Numbered from the stretch's first letter, positions 24,863 through 34,852 are shown. The stretch: 64,000 nucleotides of DNA from Acidimicrobiia bacterium (GCA_035249605.1 DATFGI010000063.1:65196-129195), one strand, 5' to 3'. Notes: generated from the sequence alone by a model not told the origin. Program-made: numbers and translations.

Positions 24863-26919
24863 CCGCCACCGCCGAACGACCCACCACCACGATCTTCCGT
24901 CGCCCCAAGACGACATCGGGGCTCTGGGGCTGGGTCACCACCGTCGACCACAAGAAGATCGGGATCATGTACGGCTACGCAGCCTTCACGTTCTTCATCC
25001 TCGGTGGCGTGGAGGCCCTGCTCCTCCGCATCCAGCTGGCTCAGGCCGACGCGGAGTTCCTCACCGCCGGTGCCTACAACGCCCTGTTCACCATGCACGG
25101 CACCACCATGATCTTCTTGTTCATAATGCCGATCTCGTCGGCTTTCATGAACTATCTGCTCCCGCTTCTCATCGGAGCCCGCGACGTCGCCTTCCCCCGC
25201 CTCAATGCCCTCTCGTGGTGGATCTTCTTCTTTGGTGGCATCTTCTTGTACAGCACCTTCATCTTCGGGACCTCCTTGCCCCCGATCAGCCCCGACGGCA
25301 TCACCGGCAACCTCGCCCCCGGCGGAGGTCCGGGGTCGTTCAATTTCCTCGCCGTCTCACCGGACGGGGGGTGGTTCGGCTACCAGCCCAATGCGGGCCC
25401 GCTGTACTCACCCGGCACCGCCATGGACTTCTGGGCGCTGGGCCTGCAGCTGCTCGGCCTGGCTTCGCTGGTGTCTGCGATCAACTTCATCGTCACCACG
25501 TTCAACATGCGAGCCAAGGGGATGCGTCTGCTCCGCATGCCCGTCTTCGCCTGGATGACGACCGTGGTCGCCTTCCTCCTCCTCTTCTCGCTCCCAATCA
25601 TCGCCGTGGCTCTCTTCATGGTGACCTTCGATCGGCAGTTCGGGACCCTCTTCTTCGCCCCATATGGGGGCGGTGACCCCATCCTCTGGCAGCACCTGTT
25701 CTGGCTGTTCGGCCATCCCGAGGTCTACATCCTGATCCTCCCTGCGATGGGGATCGTCTCCGAGATCCTGCCCACGTTCTCCCGCAAGCCTCTGTTCGGC
25801 TACTCCGCGGTGGTGTTCGCCGGCGCCGCCATCGCCTTCCTCGGCTTCGGTGTCTGGGCCCACCACATGTTCTCCTCGGGGATCACGCCGGTGGCGCAGG
25901 CGGCGTTTGGCCTGGCAACCATGACCATCGCCATCCCGACCGGGATCAAGATCTTCAACTGGATGGGGACGATGTGGGGCGGGCGATTACAGCTGAAGAC
26001 CCCGATGCTGTTCGCCATGGGCTTCCTGGCGATGTTCACCATCGGTGGGCTGTCCGGTGTGACCCACTCGATCGTGCCTGCCGACTGGCAGCAGACCGAC
26101 ACCTATTACATCGTGGCCCATTTCCACTATGTGATCTTCGGAGGCTCCGTCTTCGGCCTCTTCGGAGGCGCCTATTACTGGTTCCCCAAGCTGTCGGGGA
26201 GGGTGATGAGCGAGAGACTGGGGAAGACGCATTTCTGGTTGATGTTCATCGGCTTCAATCTCACCTTCGCCCCGATGCACTGGCTCGGCCTGCAAGGGAT
26301 GGTCCGTCGCACCTGGCAATACGCTCCTGAGGCCGGGCTCGAGTTCTGGAATTTGATGGAGACGATCGGCGCTTTCATCATCGCGCTCAGCATCGCGACT
26401 TTCATCTACAACTGGTGGCATAGCCGACGCCACGGCGAGCCCTCCGGTCTCGACCCGTGGGACGCCCGCACCATCGAATGGTCGATCCCCAATCCCACCC
26501 CTGAGTACAACTTCGCCCAGGCGCCGGTGGTGACCCGTCTCGACCATTTCTGGCATATGAAGTACGACGAGGACGAGGAGGGCCGCGCCGTCCGCAAGCC
26601 GGACGCCGACCAGATCATCACCGGTCTCGAATACGACGGGCTCAACCCGACGAGCCCGATCCATCTCCCCGCCCCTTCCTACTTCCCCGTGATCGTGGGG
26701 CTCGGCCTCCCCATCGCCTTCTACGGGGTCATCTACCACGAGGCGATGTGGGGCAAGGCGCTCATCATCATCGGCGTGCTGATCACGCTCTCGGCGCTGA
26801 TCGGTTGGGCGATCGAGCCCCTCGAGGAGCCGGTGGCCGGCCACGAGGAGCACGAGGACGACCCGCGCACCGATCTCGAGGAGCCCGAGCCGGTGGGCGA
26901 CGATGAGGTGATCCGGTGA
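24859..26919 (+). CDS. ctaD: Cytochrome c oxidase subunit I (14-TM form)
   Basis: ATG 24859 (ATGA overlap with the ctaC stop). Canonical GWVTTVDHKKIGIMY, WFFGHPEVYILILP and HHMF motifs. C-terminal extension has two extra TM helices (IHLPAPSYFPVIVGLG...) and an acidic tail. Confidence 0.96.
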   Translation: MTATAERPTTTIFRRPKTTSGLWGWVTTVDHKKIGIMYGYAAFTFFILGGVEALLLRIQLAQADAEFLTAGAYNALFTMHGTTMIFLFIMPISSAFMNYLLPLLIGARDVAFPRLNALSWWIFFFGGIFLYSTFIFGTSLPPISPDGITGNLAPGGGPGSFNFLAVSPDGGWFGYQPNAGPLYSPGTAMDFWALGLQLLGLASLVSAINFIVTTFNMRAKGMRLLRMPVFAWMTTVVAFLLLFSLPIIAVALFMVTFDRQFGTLFFAPYGGGDPILWQHLFWLFGHPEVYILILPAMGIVSEILPTFSRKPLFGYSAVVFAGAAIAFLGFGVWAHHMFSSGITPVAQAAFGLATMTIAIPTGIKIFNWMGTMWGGRLQLKTPMLFAMGFLAMFTIGGLSGVTHSIVPADWQQTDTYYIVAHFHYVIFGGSVFGLFGGAYYWFPKLSGRVMSERLGKTHFWLMFIGFNLTFAPMHWLGLQGMVRRTWQYAPEAGLEFWNLMETIGAFIIALSIATFIYNWWHSRRHGEPSGLDPWDARTIEWSIPNPTPEYNFAQAPVVTRLDHFWHMKYDEDEEGRAVRKPDADQIITGLEYDGLNPTSPIHLPAPSYFPVIVGLGLPIAFYGVIYHEAMWGKALIIIGVLITLSALIGWAIEPLEEPVAGHEEHEDDPRTDLEEPEPVGDDEVIR

Positions 26920-27542
26920 GTGACGTCGCCCACGACGATGTGCTCGCCCACCACGATGAGCATGAGTCGACCGGCATCGAGAATCGCAAGCTGGGGATGT
27001 GGGTCTTCCTCAGCTCGGAGTTCTTGTTCTTCGGCGCCCTCATCACCAACTACCTGCTCTACTCGAACCGGGGAGGCTTCGAAGGGATCTACCCCGCCGC
27101 GATCTACGACATCCCCTTCACCTCGGTCAGCTCGTTCGTCCTCCTGATGTCGTCGCTCACCATGGTGCTGGCCCACAACGCGTTGAGCCGGGAGGACCAG
27201 AACGGTGCCCGCACCTGGCTCTTCGCCACCGCAGCCCTCGGATCGATATTCCTCGGCGGCCAGGTCTTCGAGTTCACCGAGTTCATCGTCGAGCACGACA
27301 TGACCCTCTCCACCAACCCGGCGGCGTCGGCGTTCTACGTGCTCACCGGTTTCCATGGCACCCACGTCGCCATCGGGGTGATCATGCTGCTCTCTCTTTG
27401 GGGAATCTCACGACGCCAGGGCGGCCTGAGTGACAAGCGGGGGCTCAACCTCGAGCTGGTCGGGCTCTACTGGCACTTCGTCGACATCATCTGGATCGTG
27501 ATCTTCACCGTCGTCTACCTGCTCTCGGTGCCCCCTGCATGA
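26916..27542 (+). CDS. ctaE: Cytochrome c oxidase subunit III
   Basis: 208 aa with a GTGA overlap. KLGMWVFLSSEFLFFGALI, FHGTHV and YWHFVDIIWIVIF motifs. Confidence 0.92.
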   Translation: MSDVAHDDVLAHHDEHESTGIENRKLGMWVFLSSEFLFFGALITNYLLYSNRGGFEGIYPAAIYDIPFTSVSSFVLLMSSLTMVLAHNALSREDQNGARTWLFATAALGSIFLGGQVFEFTEFIVEHDMTLSTNPAASAFYVLTGFHGTHVAIGVIMLLSLWGISRRQGGLSDKRGLNLELVGLYWHFVDIIWIVIFTVVYLLSVPPA

Positions 27543-27558
27543 CCACCACCCACCAGGC

Positions 27559-27873
27559 ATGAGCAGCGAACAGCCCCATCACCCCACTCCCGGGCAGTAC
27601 TGGAAGATCGCCGCCTTCCTCGCTCTGGTCACCGCGGCCGAGGTGGCCATGTTCTACATCGACCGTCAGCTCGAGCTGGGCTTCTTCAACTCCGCCATCC
27701 TGATCGTCCTATCCGCGGTCAAGTTCCTGGTGGTGATCGGCTGGTTCATGCACGTCCGTTTCGAGAAGCCCATCATCAGCCGTTTCTTCGGCGCCGGGTT
27801 CGCCCTCGCCATCATCCTCTACCTGGTCGTCCTCTCCGCCCTCGGTGTGGTCGCAGCCCGCGGCGGGGCGTGA
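27559..27873 (+). CDS. ctaF: Cytochrome c oxidase subunit IV (prokaryotic COX4 family)
   Basis: 104 aa with 3 TM helices. YWKIAAFLALVTAAEV and KFLVVIGWFMHVRFE are typical of bacterial caa3 subunit IV. Confidence 0.78.
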   Translation: MSSEQPHHPTPGQYWKIAAFLALVTAAEVAMFYIDRQLELGFFNSAILIVLSAVKFLVVIGWFMHVRFEKPIISRFFGAGFALAIILYLVVLSALGVVAARGGA

Positions 27874-27877
27874 TCAG

Positions 27878-27927
27878 CGAACCCAGGGTTCCCAGCGTCG
27901 CTCAGCGACGCTACGAACCCTGGGTTG
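27878..27927. repeat. REP-like composite palindrome, core type 1
   Basis: Identical to 15606-15655. Starts 5 nt after the ctaF stop. Confidence 0.9.
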
Positions 27928-27983
27928 CGCGTTGATCGGCCCTCGTCTTCGCCATCCCGGCCTGCCGTGTTAGAACAGTGGGG

Positions 27984-29072
27984 ATGAGCCAGCCACTGGA
28001 GCCGGGTCGCTTCTTCCTCCCCGGGCCGACCGAGGTCCACCCCGACGTTCTCGCCGCTCAGAACGGGCCGATGATCGGCCATCGGGGCGAGGCGATCCAG
28101 GAGCTCATGCGCCGCATCGACCAGGGGTTGAAGCCGGTCTTCCAGACCGAGCGAGCGGTGATCGTGTCCACCTCGTCCGCTACCGGACTGATGGAGGCGG
28201 GAGTGCGCAACGGTGTGCTCGACGGCCGGGTGCTCAGCCTGGTGAACGGGGCCTTCTCCAAGCGCTTCTCCGAGATCGCCATGGCCTGTGGTCTCGACGT
28301 CGAGGTCTGGAATGTGGACTGGGGCCAGGTCCACCCTCCGGAAGCCCTGGAGGAGCGGCTCGCCGCGGAGCACTACGAAGCGGTGACGCTCTCCCAATCG
28401 GAGACGTCGACCGGGGCACTCCAGGACCTGGAGTCGATCGCCCGGGTGGTCGGCGGGCACGAGGGCACCCTCCTCCTCGTCGACTCGGTCACCGGCATCG
28501 GAGGGGTCGAGACACTTACCGACGACTGGGGGGTGGACTACATCCTCACCGGCTCGCAGAAGGCGCTGGCCCTACCCCCCGGGCTCTCCTTCGCCGTGGC
28601 CGACGAGGCGATGTTGGAGCGCTCGGCCAAGTCACCCAACAAGGGTTGGTATTTCGACCTGGCGATGCTCTACGAGCAGGTCATGGAGGGCCAGACCCCG
28701 GCGACGCCGGCGATCTCACTGCTCTACGCCCTCGACTTCCAGCTGCAGCGGATCGCCGACGAAGGGGTGAAGAAGCGGTGGGAGCGTCACCTCGACATGC
28801 AGCAGCGGACATTCGACTGGGTCGAGGAGATGAGAGACGCCGGGGCCGACGTCGATGTCTTCGCCGCCGAGGGGCATCGCTCTCCCACGGTCACCTGTGT
28901 CGCCAGCGACGACGCCGCTCGGATCGCCCCCGAGATGTTCTCCCGCGGTTGGGTGGTCGGCGGCGGTTACGGCAAGCTGAAGGACGCCACGTTCCGGATC
29001 GGCCACATGGGCGATCACACGATGGGTGAGCTGGAAGAGCTGCTCGCCGTGCTCACCGACGTGGTGAAGTGA
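27984..29072 (+). CDS. Class V aminotransferase (serine-pyruvate / phosphoserine aminotransferase family)
   Basis: About 362 aa. FLPGPTEV start, TGSQKALALPPGLSF PLP-lysine motif, FRIGHMG near the C-terminus. GTG 27978 is an alternative start. Confidence 0.85.
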   Translation: MSQPLEPGRFFLPGPTEVHPDVLAAQNGPMIGHRGEAIQELMRRIDQGLKPVFQTERAVIVSTSSATGLMEAGVRNGVLDGRVLSLVNGAFSKRFSEIAMACGLDVEVWNVDWGQVHPPEALEERLAAEHYEAVTLSQSETSTGALQDLESIARVVGGHEGTLLLVDSVTGIGGVETLTDDWGVDYILTGSQKALALPPGLSFAVADEAMLERSAKSPNKGWYFDLAMLYEQVMEGQTPATPAISLLYALDFQLQRIADEGVKKRWERHLDMQQRTFDWVEEMRDAGADVDVFAAEGHRSPTVTCVASDDAARIAPEMFSRGWVVGGGYGKLKDATFRIGHMGDHTMGELEELLAVLTDVVK

Positions 29073-30040
29073 CCACAGTCCTCGTCACCGACAAGGTCAA
29101 TCTCTCCGGTCTCCATCCGCTCACCGACGACGACCTCTACTCGGTGGTGTCGATCGACGACTCGGCGGGCGAGGAGTTCTTTTCGGCTTTGGAGGCGGCG
29201 CAGGCCCTTATCGTGCGGAGCGCCACCACCGTGTCCTCGGAGCTGATCTCCCGGGCGTCTGCGTTGAAGGCGATCGGGCGGGCAGGCGTCGGTGTGGACA
29301 ACGTCGACATCCCCGCGGCCAGTGAGCGTGGGATCGCGGTGTTCAACGCGCCCGGGGGCAACACCCTGGCCGCAGCCGAGCTGACCGTGGGCCTCATCCT
29401 GTCCCTCGCCCGAAAGATCCCCCAGGCAGACGCCTCCCTTCGCTCCGGGCGGTGGGACCGTGCAGAGTTCAAGGGCGTCGAGCTGGCCGGCAAGACGCTC
29501 GGTCTGATTGGTGCGGGTCGGATCGGTGGCGAGGTAGCCGTCAGATGCCGGGCATTCGCGATGGACGTCCTGGTGTACGACCCCTACCTGTCGGCCAGTC
29601 GGGCCGACGAGCTGGGCGCGGAGTTGGTCGGCTTGGAGGTGGTCCTGGAACGGGCCGATTTCATCTCCATCCATGTCCCTCTCAGCGATGAGACCAGGGG
29701 GATCGTCGGCGCGGATGCCCTGGCCGCGATGAAGACAACTGCCTTCGTGGTGAACGCCTCCCGTGGTGGCGTCGTCGACGAGGAGGCCCTGGCCACTGCG
29801 CTTGTGGATGGTGTCATCGCCGGTGCCGCTCTCGATGTGTACGAGCGTGAGCCGCTCGACTCCGACAGCCCGCTCCGGCAAGCTCCCAACCTGGTCTTGA
29901 CTCCCCATCTCGGCGCATCCACCGCCGAGGCCCAGGAGGGTGTGGCCACCGAGGTGGCGGAGAAGATCAAAACCATGTTCGAGACCGGCGACGTCTCCAC
30001 GGCGGTGAACGCCGCCGACCTGGCCGACCGCGCTCCTTAG
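29069..30040 (+). CDS. D-3-phosphoglycerate dehydrogenase-like 2-hydroxyacid dehydrogenase (short form, no ACT domain)
   Basis: 323 aa with a GTGA overlap onto the aminotransferase. GLIGAGRIGGEVA NAD-binding loop, ASRGGVVDEEAL and TPHLGAST catalytic His region. Confidence 0.85.
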   Translation: MTTVLVTDKVNLSGLHPLTDDDLYSVVSIDDSAGEEFFSALEAAQALIVRSATTVSSELISRASALKAIGRAGVGVDNVDIPAASERGIAVFNAPGGNTLAAAELTVGLILSLARKIPQADASLRSGRWDRAEFKGVELAGKTLGLIGAGRIGGEVAVRCRAFAMDVLVYDPYLSASRADELGAELVGLEVVLERADFISIHVPLSDETRGIVGADALAAMKTTAFVVNASRGGVVDEEALATALVDGVIAGAALDVYEREPLDSDSPLRQAPNLVLTPHLGASTAEAQEGVATEVAEKIKTMFETGDVSTAVNAADLADRAP

Positions 30041-30097
30041 GAGCGGGAGCCCATCATTGGGCTCTTGGGCGTCTCGATCGCGGGACCCACCCCCGAT

Positions 30098-31285
30098 CTA
30101 GACGAGATGGACGATCGCCTCGGGCTCGGCGGGCTCTTCGGCTTCCTCATCGGGGCCGGCGTAGAGAAGCACCGAGATGATGATGGTGAGCACCACGCCC
30201 AGACCGATGAGTGCCCACATCAGGTCACCTAGTGAGATCCGCATCTGCGGCTTGCTGCCGGCAAGGGCGGAGAAACCGAGGATCCCGCCGGCGGCGATGA
30301 TGGCGACGATGGCCCCTCCGTTGGGTGCCAGGTGATTCGACTGGATCAGGGCATAGGCGAAAGGAAGGACCAAGAGGAGCAGCAACAAGATGCCGGCGAG
30401 GGGGATGCTCACCGCGTTGGTCAACCGGGTGCGCATGGTGGCCACCTCCTCATCGTCTGACTCGTCCACGGCCACCGGCACTCCGAGGACCTGGGGTACC
30501 AACGCAGTCACCGCGCCCAGCACCGCACCGCCCAGGATCATCACGAAGAGGGTGGCCAGGATGGGCAGCTGTACCATCGGTGGGTCGGAGCCTTCCACAA
30601 CCGTGCCCAGTCCGTTGAGCATCGCACCGGCCACGATCCCCAGGACGAGACCGATTGCCGCTCCGATCCACACGGTGACCCCCTTGGAGCTGGACAGCTG
30701 CATCGCAGGGTTGGTCCACGCCGTCGCGGCGCGGGACATCCCGGCGACGATGGCCCCGAACACCACACTGACCAGGGCGATGCCCAGGACGACGCTGCTC
30801 GGGCTCACCTGGACCAGGGGGCCCGACTCGGGCAGGGTGGTGGCATTGGGAGCCCAGAACGCGCTGGCAGCGAGAAACCCGACCACTCCGAGGGCGGCTC
30901 CGGTCCAGGCCCCGACCCGGACCGCGGTCTTCAACCTCGTCGCCATTGGCACCGGCTCCAGCACGATCTCCGGCTCCGGATCAGCCATCGCGGCGGGGAG
31001 TGCCACCTCGACCACCGGCTCCTCGATGACGGCGACCGTAGCGGGCTCTCGGGATTCGGTGGTCTCCGCTGCCGGCTCCGCAGGCTCCGCCGCATCCACC
31101 GGCTCCGGCTCGGGCGCAGCTTCGGCGGCGGGGGCGGGCGCGCCTCCGGACCAGGCGGCGAGAATGTCGTCGACCGTTGTCCCGTTGGCCTGGGCTCGAG
31201 CTGCTGCCGAGCGTCTGACCAACTCCGGTGGGGTGCCCAGGGCTGCGCTGGCTGCCTCGAGTAGATCACTCACGGTGCGCGACAA
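30098..31285 (-). CDS. Membrane protein with an acidic Ala/Pro/Glu-rich linker, function unknown
   Basis: 395 aa. ~45-aa soluble N-terminus, A/P/E low-complexity region, then about 8 TM helices. No family recognised. Confidence 0.6.
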   Translation of the reverse strand: MSRTVSDLLEAASAALGTPPELVRRSAAARAQANGTTVDDILAAWSGGAPAPAAEAAPEPEPVDAAEPAEPAAETTESREPATVAVIEEPVVEVALPAAMADPEPEIVLEPVPMATRLKTAVRVGAWTGAALGVVGFLAASAFWAPNATTLPESGPLVQVSPSSVVLGIALVSVVFGAIVAGMSRAATAWTNPAMQLSSSKGVTVWIGAAIGLVLGIVAGAMLNGLGTVVEGSDPPMVQLPILATLFVMILGGAVLGAVTALVPQVLGVPVAVDESDDEEVATMRTRLTNAVSIPLAGILLLLLLVLPFAYALIQSNHLAPNGGAIVAIIAAGGILGFSALAGSKPQMRISLGDLMWALIGLGVVLTIIISVLLYAGPDEEAEEPAEPEAIVHLV

Positions 31286-31321
31286 TAGTGGCCGGAGAGC
31301 TGGTCAAAGAGTCGACGAGAG

Positions 31322-32110
31322 TCAGGCTCTGGCGGCGTTCCGCTCGTCGCGCCAGGCCAGCCAATCCGCCGCCGGCGAGAGGTCGAATCCGTTTCTCCCG
31401 TCGAAGCCCAGCGTTACCAGGGTGGCCCCGGCGTCGACCAGAGCATCGCCCCGCTCGATGTCACGGGCCGGTGCCCCGCAGGAACGCTCTATCTCGGCCG
31501 GGTCCCGCCCGATGTCGGCGCAGTGTCGGTCGAGCACCTCGTTCTTGTGACGGATCAGGTCGGGTTGGCCGAACCCGTGCCAGATGTGGGCGAACTCCGC
31601 CGTATAGCGAAGGGTCTTCCGCTCTCCGCCCCCTCCGATCAGGATCGGGATGTCTCGGGTCGGGGGCGGGTTGAGCTTGGCGAATCGCTGGCGAATGCGG
31701 GGCAGCGCCTGGCGCAGGTCGGCGAGTCGCTCGCCGGGGGTCCCGAACTCGTAGCCGTACTCGTCGTAGTCCCTCTCGAACCACCCGGCGCCGATGCCGA
31801 GGATGAGCCGACCCCCCGAGGCGTGATCGACCGTGCGCGCCATGTCGGCGAGGAGGTCGGGATTGCGATAGGAGTTGCAGGTGACCAGCGGGCCGATCTC
31901 GACACGCTCGGTGATCTCGGCCCATGTGCCCAGCATGGTCCAGGACTCGAAGTGCTTCCCATCCGGATCACCGGAGAGTGGGAAGAAGTGGTCCCAGTTG
32001 AAGATGATGTCGACACCCATCTCCTCCCCACGAACCACCGCGTCACGTATCTCGGAGAACTCGGCGTGCTGTGGCTGGAGGTCGAGGGCTATGCGGATGG
32101 GGCGGGTCAT
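31322..32110 (-). CDS. LLM-class F420-dependent oxidoreductase (luciferase-like)
   Basis: 262 aa. NSYRNPDLLADMARTVDHASGGRLILGIGAGW is typical of luciferase-like monooxygenase/F420 enzymes. Confidence 0.85.
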   Translation of the reverse strand: MTRPIRIALDLQPQHAEFSEIRDAVVRGEEMGVDIIFNWDHFFPLSGDPDGKHFESWTMLGTWAEITERVEIGPLVTCNSYRNPDLLADMARTVDHASGGRLILGIGAGWFERDYDEYGYEFGTPGERLADLRQALPRIRQRFAKLNPPPTRDIPILIGGGGERKTLRYTAEFAHIWHGFGQPDLIRHKNEVLDRHCADIGRDPAEIERSCGAPARDIERGDALVDAGATLVTLGFDGRNGFDLSPAADWLAWRDERNAARA

Positions 32111-32136
32111 CAGGTCAACTTATCCGAGACTGACCC

Positions 32137-33270
32137 TCAGAGACCGTAGAGCGTGTCCGCGATCAACTCGTCCACCACCGCCTGCAGCGCCTCGTCGTCG
32201 GAGGACCCGGCCGCGATCGCCTTTTCGTAGGCGGCGATCTGGCGGTTGGCGCTGGTCCCCACGTCGATGATGTCACGTGCGTGGCTTATCTCCTCGACCA
32301 CGTCGAATTCGACCGCATCCTCGGCGACCAACTCGATGATCTCCTCGACCAGGTCGGTGAAGGGCACGAGGGTCCCCTTGCCGAAGTCGACCAGAGTCCC
32401 CTCGATGCCATAGCGCTGGGCTCTCCACACGTTCTCCTCGATGATCCCCGGCGAGTAGACCCGCCACCGCTGGTTGTTGCGGCGTAGGCGGTAGAGATAG
32501 CCGAGCAGCGACTGGTACAGGGCGGCGATGGTCATTGCGTCGTCCAGACGGGTGCACACGTCGGAGATGCGCATCTCCAGGGTCGGATAGCGGGTTGAGG
32601 GCCTGATGTCCCACCACAGCTTGGAGGCGTCCTCGATCAGCCCGGCGCTGGTCAGGATGTCGACGTGGCGGGCGTACTCACCCCAGGAGAGGAACTCCTC
32701 GGGCATCCCGGTGCGGGGCAGGTTCTGGAAGATCACCAGCCGGTAAGCGTGCAGCCCGGTGAGGGCGCCGTCCCAGAACGGCGACGAGCAGGAGAGGGCG
32801 AGTAGGTGGGGTAGGAAGTACCGGATCTGATTCATCAGGTCGATGCGGAGGTGATCGTCGCCGATCCCGACATGGACGTGCATGCCGCAGATGACCAGCT
32901 GGCGGGCGACCTGTTGGTAGTCGGCTTGGATCCGCATGTAGCGGGGGTCGGGTGTCGTCTCCTGCTTCGCCCAGTTGGCGAAGGGGTGGGTCGAAGAGGC
33001 GATGATCGCGGCTCCGTACTCGGACACCACCTTGGAGAGGTCTCGGCGCAGCCCGGCGAGGTCCTCCCGGGCCTCGGAGACCTTGGCGCATACCTTGGTG
33101 CCCACCTCGATCTGGGCTTGGAGGAACTCTTGAGTCACCTGGGAGCCGATCACCTCGCCGAGGGCGTCCCACATCTCCTGGGGAGGCTTCTGGAAGAGGT
33201 CGCGTGTCTCCCGATCCACGACGAGATACTCCTCCTCGATCCCGATGGTGAACTCAGGCCGCTCTATCAC
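32137..33270 (-). CDS. Carboxylate-amine ligase, YbdK / glutamate-cysteine ligase family 2
   Basis: 377 aa from GTG 33270. FTIGIEEEYLVVD start and CGMHVHVGI motif are typical of GCS2. Confidence 0.87.
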   Translation of the reverse strand: MIERPEFTIGIEEEYLVVDRETRDLFQKPPQEMWDALGEVIGSQVTQEFLQAQIEVGTKVCAKVSEAREDLAGLRRDLSKVVSEYGAAIIASSTHPFANWAKQETTPDPRYMRIQADYQQVARQLVICGMHVHVGIGDDHLRIDLMNQIRYFLPHLLALSCSSPFWDGALTGLHAYRLVIFQNLPRTGMPEEFLSWGEYARHVDILTSAGLIEDASKLWWDIRPSTRYPTLEMRISDVCTRLDDAMTIAALYQSLLGYLYRLRRNNQRWRVYSPGIIEENVWRAQRYGIEGTLVDFGKGTLVPFTDLVEEIIELVAEDAVEFDVVEEISHARDIIDVGTSANRQIAAYEKAIAAGSSDDEALQAVVDELIADTLYGL

Positions 33271-33872
33271 CCCGGGGACACTAGAGAGCGACGCTCCTCC
33301 TCACAGGCCTGGCGAACATGGCAATCGGAGAGATGATCGTTGACCAGACCCATCGCCTCCATGAAGGCGTAGATCGTGGTGGGGCCGACGAAGGACCAGC
33401 CGCGCTTCTTCAGGTCCTTGGACAACGCCGTCGAGGTCTCCGTGGTCGCAGCGATCACCTCGGGCGCCGTCTCCTCCGGCCTCGCCCAGGACCAGAAGTA
33501 GGCCGCCAGCGAGCCATGCTCGTCGATCAGGTCGAGGGCTCGTCCGGCGTTGTTGATCGTCGAGCGGATCTTCCCCTCGTGACGGACGATGCCGGCGTCT
33601 CCGAGCAGTCGGGCCACGTCATCCTCGCCGAACACCGCCACCTCTCCCGGGTCGAACCCGGCGAAGGCGGCCCGGAAGCTGTCCCGCTTCCGCAGGATCG
33701 TCAGCCATGACAGCCCGGCTTGAAAACCCTCGAGGCAGATCTTTTCGAAGAGCAGGTGGTCGTCGGTGGTGGCCCGTCCCCACTCCTCGTCGTGGTAGAC
33801 CCGATAGATCTCCGGCTCGACACCCCACCAGCACCGGGCGAGCCCATCGTCACCATTGACCACTTCCATCAT
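33267..33872 (-). CDS. tag: DNA-3-methyladenine glycosylase I (Tag)
   Basis: 201 aa from ATG 33872. RCWW...YHDEEWG...LFEKICLEGFQAGLSWLTILRKR...GPTTIYAFMEAMGLVNDH. The track ORF has 73 unsupported upstream codons. Confidence 0.92.
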   Translation of the reverse strand: MMEVVNGDDGLARCWWGVEPEIYRVYHDEEWGRATTDDHLLFEKICLEGFQAGLSWLTILRKRDSFRAAFAGFDPGEVAVFGEDDVARLLGDAGIVRHEGKIRSTINNAGRALDLIDEHGSLAAYFWSWARPEETAPEVIAATTETSTALSKDLKKRGWSFVGPTTIYAFMEAMGLVNDHLSDCHVRQACEEERRSLVSPG

Positions 33873-34852
33873 GAGACGGCGGGTATCACTTCTTTGGCCA
33901 CCAGCTCCAGGCTCTCCCGGTCGAAGGCGACGTCGGCGATGTGCATGATCACGTAGCTCAACCCGGCGGCTTCGAAGTCCTTCAGCCACGAGACGATCTG
34001 CTCCGGAGTGCCCGACGTCTCCCTGTAGAGGGCGACGTGGCGCTCGGCGCGGTCGTCGGCGACGTATCTCTTGAGGCGGTGCTCGAGCCACTCCAGCTTC
34101 TCTTCGACTCCCGCCTCGGTCGCGGCGCAGAGCACGTTGAAGTTGGCGGAACGGGTGATGGCCTCGAAATCGGTCCCGACGTCCCCGCAGTGCTCTCTCA
34201 GGACCTCCGACTTGGCTTTGAAAGCCTCGAGATCGCCCCCGCCGAAGTTGGCGTATTGCGCGTAGCGGGCGGCGATCTTGAGTGTCACCTGCTCACCTCC
34301 CCCGGCTATCCAGAAGGGGATGTGCGGCTCTTGGAGGGGTTTGGGCTGACAGATCGCTCCCTTCAGGGTGTAGTGCTCACCCTCGTATTCGACGACATCC
34401 TCGGTCCACATCGCCTTCATGATCTCCACGCCCTCGCGCAACATCCCCAGCCGCCCACCGGGTGGAAGGAAGGGATAGCCGTAGCCGTCATGCTCGCCCT
34501 CGTACCACCCGGCTCCGATCCCCATCTCGAGCCGCCCCCCGGATATGACGTCAATGGAGGCGGCAACTTTGGCCAGGTAGGAGGGCTGGCGGTAGGTGTT
34601 GCAGGTGCACATCTGGCCGAGACGTATCGTCTCGGTGCTGGCGGCAAACGCAGCCATCAAAGCCCATGCCTCGTAGGTCACTTCCTGGGTGGCCTCGGGC
34701 ACTGTGTGGAAGTGGTCGTATACCCACAGTGACTCGTAGCCGAGGCTCTCCATGTCGCGGGCGATACCGAGCATGGTGGGCCAGTGATCCTCCCGATCGA
34801 TGTCAGCGAGGTCGTGTCGCCAGCCCTGGGGTACGAAGGCTCCGAATCTCAT
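33869..34852 (-). CDS. LLM-class F420-dependent oxidoreductase
   Basis: 327 aa from ATG 34852 (MRFGAFVPQGW...). NTYRQPSYLAKVAASIDVISGGRLEMGIGAGW. ATGA overlap with the tag start. The first 142 track codons are low-complexity off-target sequence. Confidence 0.87.
   Translation of the reverse strand: MRFGAFVPQGWRHDLADIDREDHWPTMLGIARDMESLGYESLWVYDHFHTVPEATQEVTYEAWALMAAFAASTETIRLGQMCTCNTYRQPSYLAKVAASIDVISGGRLEMGIGAGWYEGEHDGYGYPFLPPGGRLGMLREGVEIMKAMWTEDVVEYEGEHYTLKGAICQPKPLQEPHIPFWIAGGGEQVTLKIAARYAQYANFGGGDLEAFKAKSEVLREHCGDVGTDFEAITRSANFNVLCAATEAGVEEKLEWLEHRLKRYVADDRAERHVALYRETSGTPEQIVSWLKDFEAAGLSYVIMHIADVAFDRESLELVAKEVIPAVS

Noticed and set aside
23663-24916. 417-aa minus-strand ORF, and similar long antisense or off-frame ORFs at 10594-11676, 15392-16450, 25987-26853, 29015-29908, 34878-36575, 40999-42225, 47221-48399, 49566-50777 and 54616-56127
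   Set aside because: Each lies opposite to, or out of frame with, a gene that has clear family motifs (ctaC, nadE, selD, ctaD, serA-like, Moco oxidoreductase, fba/nhaA, acyl-CoA dehydrogenase, rimK, VanW). Their translations are R/G/P/D-rich with no motifs.
24859-26919. ctaD C-terminal extension as a novel fusion (subunit I plus another subunit)
   Set aside because: The extra ~130 residues contain two TM helices beginning HLPAPSYFP, as in the common 14-TM form of subunit I. Separate subunit III and IV genes follow, so no unusual fusion is needed.
30047-30066. Short hairpin GAGCCCA-TCAT-TGGGCTC after the serA-like gene as a terminator
   Set aside because: The stem is only 7 bp with a weak TT tail between convergent genes. 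It is plausible but not distinguishable from chance at this GC content.
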